DNA from: an uncultured Chthonomonadaceae bacterium
Lineage (GTDB): Bacteria > Armatimonadota > Chthonomonadetes > Chthonomonadales > Chthonomonadaceae
Length of the DNA: 64,000 nucleotides
Assembly (NCBI GenBank): GCA_963835065.1
Contig: CAWIEK010000041.1
Location: 32,001 to 96,000 of the forward strand
Direction: 5' to 3'
Shown here: positions 60,238 through 64,000 of the stretch, piece after piece
Numbering within the stretch: position 1 is the first letter of the stretch
Layout of the letters: the number at the start of each line of letters is the position of its first letter
Made by a program: the position numbers and the translations under genes
The notes under the pieces: model-generated
What the model was told of the DNA's origin: nothing
The model's input: only the letters and a program-made list of their open reading frames with translations
Databases searched by the model: none

Positions 60238-60885
60238 GTGAGCGAGAGTGTGATTGAACCTGCTTCCAGCAATGTGAGCAACCCTGTTTTGAGCAAGGAC
60301 GCGCCCGCCGCTCCTAAAGGCCGCTTGTTCGTGATTTCCGGGCCGTCCGGCGTGGGCAAGGACGCCCTGCTCGGACGCCTGTATCAGTGCCTGCCTAATA
60401 TCAAGCAAAGCGTGAGCGCGACAACCCGCGCGCCCCGCCCCGGCGAAACGGACGGCACAGACTACCATTTTTTCAGCCACGCGCAATTCGAGAGCGACAT
60501 TAGAAATGGCTATTTTTTGGAACACGCTCGCTATGGAACCGATTACTACGGGACGCCGCGCGGCAAAGTGGACGACCTGCGGCGGCTTGGCATAGATGTG
60601 GTGCTGAAAATCGAAGTGCAAGGCGCGGCGCAAATCAAGGAACTGGTTCCCGACGCCGTTCTGGTTTTCATCAAGCCGCCCAGTTTGGCCGAGTTGGAGC
60701 GCCGTCTGCGGTCGCGCGGCACAGACACGGAACAAAAAATCATGGACCGTCTCGCCATCGCGCAGTACGAACTCGCGCAATTGTTTCTCTACGATTACAT
60801 GGTGACGAACGATAATTTTGAGACGGCGTTAAAAGTGCTGTGCGGCATCGTGGCGGCGGAACGGGAAAGAGGAGCGCATGTATGA
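60238..60885 (+). CDS. gmk: Guanylate kinase
   Basis: ISGPSGVGK, SATTRAPRPGE.DG.DY.F, YYGTP and IEVQGA. Start uncertain. Confidence 0.93.
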   Translation: MSESVIEPASSNVSNPVLSKDAPAAPKGRLFVISGPSGVGKDALLGRLYQCLPNIKQSVSATTRAPRPGETDGTDYHFFSHAQFESDIRNGYFLEHARYGTDYYGTPRGKVDDLRRLGIDVVLKIEVQGAAQIKELVPDAVLVFIKPPSLAELERRLRSRGTDTEQKIMDRLAIAQYELAQLFLYDYMVTNDNFETALKVLCGIVAAERERGAHV

Positions 60886-62278
60886 ATACGAGGAGACAAC
60901 TGAAGAACACAGCGCCCTGACTTCCACGCCGCAAACGTTGCTCGGCAAAGAGATACTGCTCGGCGTTACCGGCAGCATTGCCGCGTACAAAGCCGCCGAT
61001 TTGTGCAGCCGCTTGGGGAAATTGGGCACGAATATCCATGTCGCGCTGACGCCTGCCGCCGCGCAATTTGTCGGCGCGGCTACGTTTCGCGCGCTGACGC
61101 GCAATCCCGTTGTCATGGATGTATTCGATGAGCCTGCCGACAAGCGCATCGCCCATATTGATCTGGCGCAGTCCGCCGATTTAGTGTTGGTTGCGCCTGC
61201 AAGCGCGGACATTCTCGCCCGGATGGCGCATGGGCTGGCCGATGACATGCTTTCCACCTGTCTGCTTGCCACGCCGCCCACAACGCCCCTGCTGGTCGCC
61301 CCGGCCATGAATACCGTAATGTGGGAACATCCGGCTACGGTTGCCAACGTACAGACATTGAGGGCGCGGGGAGTTCAGTTTATCGCGCCCGGTTACGGCT
61401 TGCTGGCGTGTCAGGATATGGGCACAGGTAAACTGGCGGATGTGGAAGACATCGTTGCCGCTGTATGCAAGCAACTGGAACCTCAGCCGGATATTGGGCA
61501 GGCAGGCAATGACAACGCCGAAACAGCAAGCCAACATCCAACAACATCGGAAACCGAATCATCCGGGAAATCGTGGCAGGGGAAGCGCGTCCTGATTACC
61601 GCCGGGGCAACCCGCGAACCGCTCGATCCCGTCCGCTTTTTGTCCAATCGTTCCAGTGGCAAAATGGGGTACGCGATTGCCGGGGAAGCCGCCGCGCAGG
61701 GCGCAGTCGTCACACTGGTCAGCGGATTTGCCACCGCCACGCTGCCGCCCGGCGTGTGCGTGGTTTCGGCGCATACGGCGCAGGAGATGCTTGCCGCCTG
61801 CCAATCCCATTTTGCCGACTGCGACGTGTTTATCGCCGCCGCCGCCGTTGCCGACTACGCGCCCGAAACCGTACAAACGCAAAAAATTAAGAAGCCGGAA
61901 TCACCAACAGACAGCAAGCACACAGCGGAAGCAAACGATCCGCAAACGGAAATAGTGACGCTCCGCCTGAAGCGCACACCTGATATTGTGGCAACATTGG
62001 CGCGTTCCAAGCAACCGGGGCAAATCGTCGTCGGCTTCGCGGCGGAAACCGAGCATCTCTTAGCCCATGCCCGCGCCAAACTTGAATCCAAGCGCCTCGA
62101 TCTCATCGTCGCCAACGACATAACGGCGCAAGGCGCAGGTTTCGACACGGACACCAACATCGTCACGCTGCTCTGGCCCAATGGACAAACGCAGGTTCTG
62201 CCCCAAATGTCCAAAAGCGAAGTCGGACGCGAACTCCTTCACGCGCTGTTGCCTTTGTTGCAGGCGCGTGAAATCTAA
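60878..62278 (+). CDS. coaBC: Bifunctional phosphopantothenoylcysteine decarboxylase/ligase
   Basis: GVTGSIAAYKA, PAMN, TREPLDPVRFLSNRSSGKMG, AAVADY and GFAAET. Confidence 0.95.
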   Translation: MYEYEETTEEHSALTSTPQTLLGKEILLGVTGSIAAYKAADLCSRLGKLGTNIHVALTPAAAQFVGAATFRALTRNPVVMDVFDEPADKRIAHIDLAQSADLVLVAPASADILARMAHGLADDMLSTCLLATPPTTPLLVAPAMNTVMWEHPATVANVQTLRARGVQFIAPGYGLLACQDMGTGKLADVEDIVAAVCKQLEPQPDIGQAGNDNAETASQHPTTSETESSGKSWQGKRVLITAGATREPLDPVRFLSNRSSGKMGYAIAGEAAAQGAVVTLVSGFATATLPPGVCVVSAHTAQEMLAACQSHFADCDVFIAAAAVADYAPETVQTQKIKKPESPTDSKHTAEANDPQTEIVTLRLKRTPDIVATLARSKQPGQIVVGFAAETEHLLAHARAKLESKRLDLIVANDITAQGAGFDTDTNIVTLLWPNGQTQVLPQMSKSEVGRELLHALLPLLQAREI

Positions 62279-62363
62279 TCTTTATTGTTCTTTTTTCGTT
62301 TTGGTTCGCGTTTTTCGCGGTTCTTCCGTATTCTGTCTTGTCTTTCTTTGGCTGTAATTTTTC

Positions 62364-63480
62364 ATGCTCAACACGCCGCTTCGCAAAAACATGGACTGGC
62401 TCCTGCTGCTGCTGGTATATCTGCTGGCCGTGATTGGCGTTCTGATGATTTTCAGCGCCACGCATGGCGACGCCGCCGCATTCCACAAAAAGCAGATGAT
62501 TTGGATTGTACTTGGCACAGGTGGACTCGCGCTGACCGCCACACTGGATTACCATCTATATACGCGCTTTGCCAAACACCTGTACTGGTTCAATTTGGGC
62601 TTGCTGCTGCTGGTGAAAGTGAAAGGCTCGACAACGAACGGCGCAGCGCGGTGGATAAAAATCGGCGCGTTTCAATTGCAGCCCTCCGAATTTGCCAAAC
62701 TGTTCGTGATACTCACGCTGGGAGTCTGGCTGGCGCGGCGGCAGGAGGAAATCAAGGACTTCAAAACGCTCGGCCTGTCCTTGCTGTACATCAGCGTACC
62801 GACGTATTTGATTTTGAAACAGCCGGATTTGGGAACCGCGCTGGTGATTCTTGCCATCTGGTTCGGCATGACTTATATGGCGGGCGCAAAGTTAAAGCAT
62901 CTGGCCGCGTTTGGACTGGCGGGCGTGGGATTGTTCAGCCTGATGCTGTGGACGGGCAAAATCAACAAGTATCAGGGGGATCGGCTGGCAACGTTCTGGT
63001 CGCAGTTCACGGGCAAGGAAGACGCGGGCGCGAAAAAGGAAGGCTACCACGTCGTGCAGGCGCGTATCGCCATCGGGTCGGGCGGATTATGGGGCAAGGG
63101 GTATCTGCACAGTACGCAGGTGCGCGGCGGCTACGTGCCGGAAAAACAAACCGATTTTATTTTTACCACAGTCGGCGAGGAATGGGGGTTTGTGGGCGCA
63201 TTGGCGCTGACGGCGATTGTACGGCCTGCTGCTGTGGCGCGGGACGCAAATCATTGTCGCCGCCGATGAAGATGTATTGGGCAAATTAATCGCGACGGGC
63301 ATCGTCACCATGCTGACGTTCCATATCGTTGTCAACATCGGCATGAACATCGGCATCGTGCCGGTTGCGGGCGTTCCCCTGCCTCTTGTCTCGTCGGGCG
63401 GCAGCAACATGCTGCTCACGCTGGCGGCTATCGGCCTGCTGCAAAGCATCCTGCGCCACCGCCACCAGTTGCTGTTCTGA
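62364..63480 (+). CDS. rodA: Rod shape-determining protein RodA (SEDS), frameshift near 63215
   Basis: GAARWI, LQPSEFAK, QPDLGTA, AIGSGG, PEKQTDFIF..GEEWGF and PVAGVPLPLVS.GGS. Confidence 0.9.
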
Positions 63481-63542
63481 GGTTAGGGTTTTAAGGTTTT
63501 AGGGGTTGGGTATTGGGTTTGTACCTTACACAAGGCGCGCTT

Positions 63543-64000
63543 ATGGCAATCAACGGCGACAAATTGGCGGTGGAGGGTGGGAGGCCGGTTCGGGACGTTG
63601 CGCGGCGTCCCTGGCCGGCATGGCCGGTTTATGACGCGGCGGAAGAACGCGCTTTGCTGGACACGCTGCATAGCGGGCATTGGTGGCGCGGAGAAGGCGA
63701 GCAGGGACGATTGTTTGAGCAGGAATTTGCCGCGTACCATTCAGCCAAACATGGCGCGGGCTGCGCTAATGGAACCGCCGCTCTGGAGATTGCGCTGCGG
63801 GCGCTCAATATCGGATATGGCGACGAAGTGATTCTGCCCGCGTATACCTTTATCGCAACGGCAAGCGCTATTCTTGCGGTGGGCGCAGCCCCGGTTTTCG
63901 CGGATATTGACCCCCATACGCTGACCCTTGATGCCGCTTCCGCCGCGTCCCTCATCACGCCCCGAACGCGCGCCCTGCTTCCCGTTCACGTTGCGGGACG
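63543..64000 (+). CDS. DegT/DnrJ/EryC1/StrS aminotransferase (runs off the window end)
   Basis: Translated by hand: MAINGDKLAVEGGRPVR...FEQEFAAYH...ANGTAALEIAL...GDEVILPAYTFIATA...PVFADID. Confidence 0.9.
   Translation, partial: MAINGDKLAVEGGRPVRDVARRPWPAWPVYDAAEERALLDTLHSGHWWRGEGEQGRLFEQEFAAYHSAKHGAGCANGTAALEIALRALNIGYGDEVILPAYTFIATASAILAVGAAPVFADIDPHTLTLDAASAASLITPRTRALLPVHVAG

Overview
GC-rich bacterial chromosome segment. Armatimonadota is my inference, from the prepilin/H-X9-DG gene, the Rhs core style and the TLLRP-tailed HEAT protein. I found no rRNA, tRNA, CRISPR array, integrase or intact transposase. Left to right it holds: a KaiC2-like ATPase; a secreted metallo-enzyme/tectonin-repeat fusion; decayed gene fragments; a circularly permuted papain-like protein divergent from an OmpR/HK pair; a TacAT-like toxin-antitoxin pair; a prepilin-type gene; a paoABC-like molybdoenzyme operon with two Mo subunits plus xdhC; an Rhs toxin locus with an orphan CT/immunity module; TPR proteins; a 1.6-kb islet bounded by a 92-bp duplicated gene end; a secreted TPR-CHAT protease divergent from a cyclase-STAND-TPR gene; an Hsp70-like gene; and housekeeping genes (recJ, gmk, coaBC, rodA). 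The most notable observation is an unannotated ~250-bp unit present twice, 40 kb apart and inverted (about 10.0-10.3 kb + and 50.4-50.7 kb -). Each copy has a conserved ECF-sigma-type promoter, G-U-compensated hairpins, a strong SD and an identical 8-codon ORF (MFHPSRSP), so it is a candidate new sRNA/micropeptide family. Many genes, including rodA, carry single frameshifts, which suggests assembly indel errors. All family assignments are from motif recognition by eye, not database searches.
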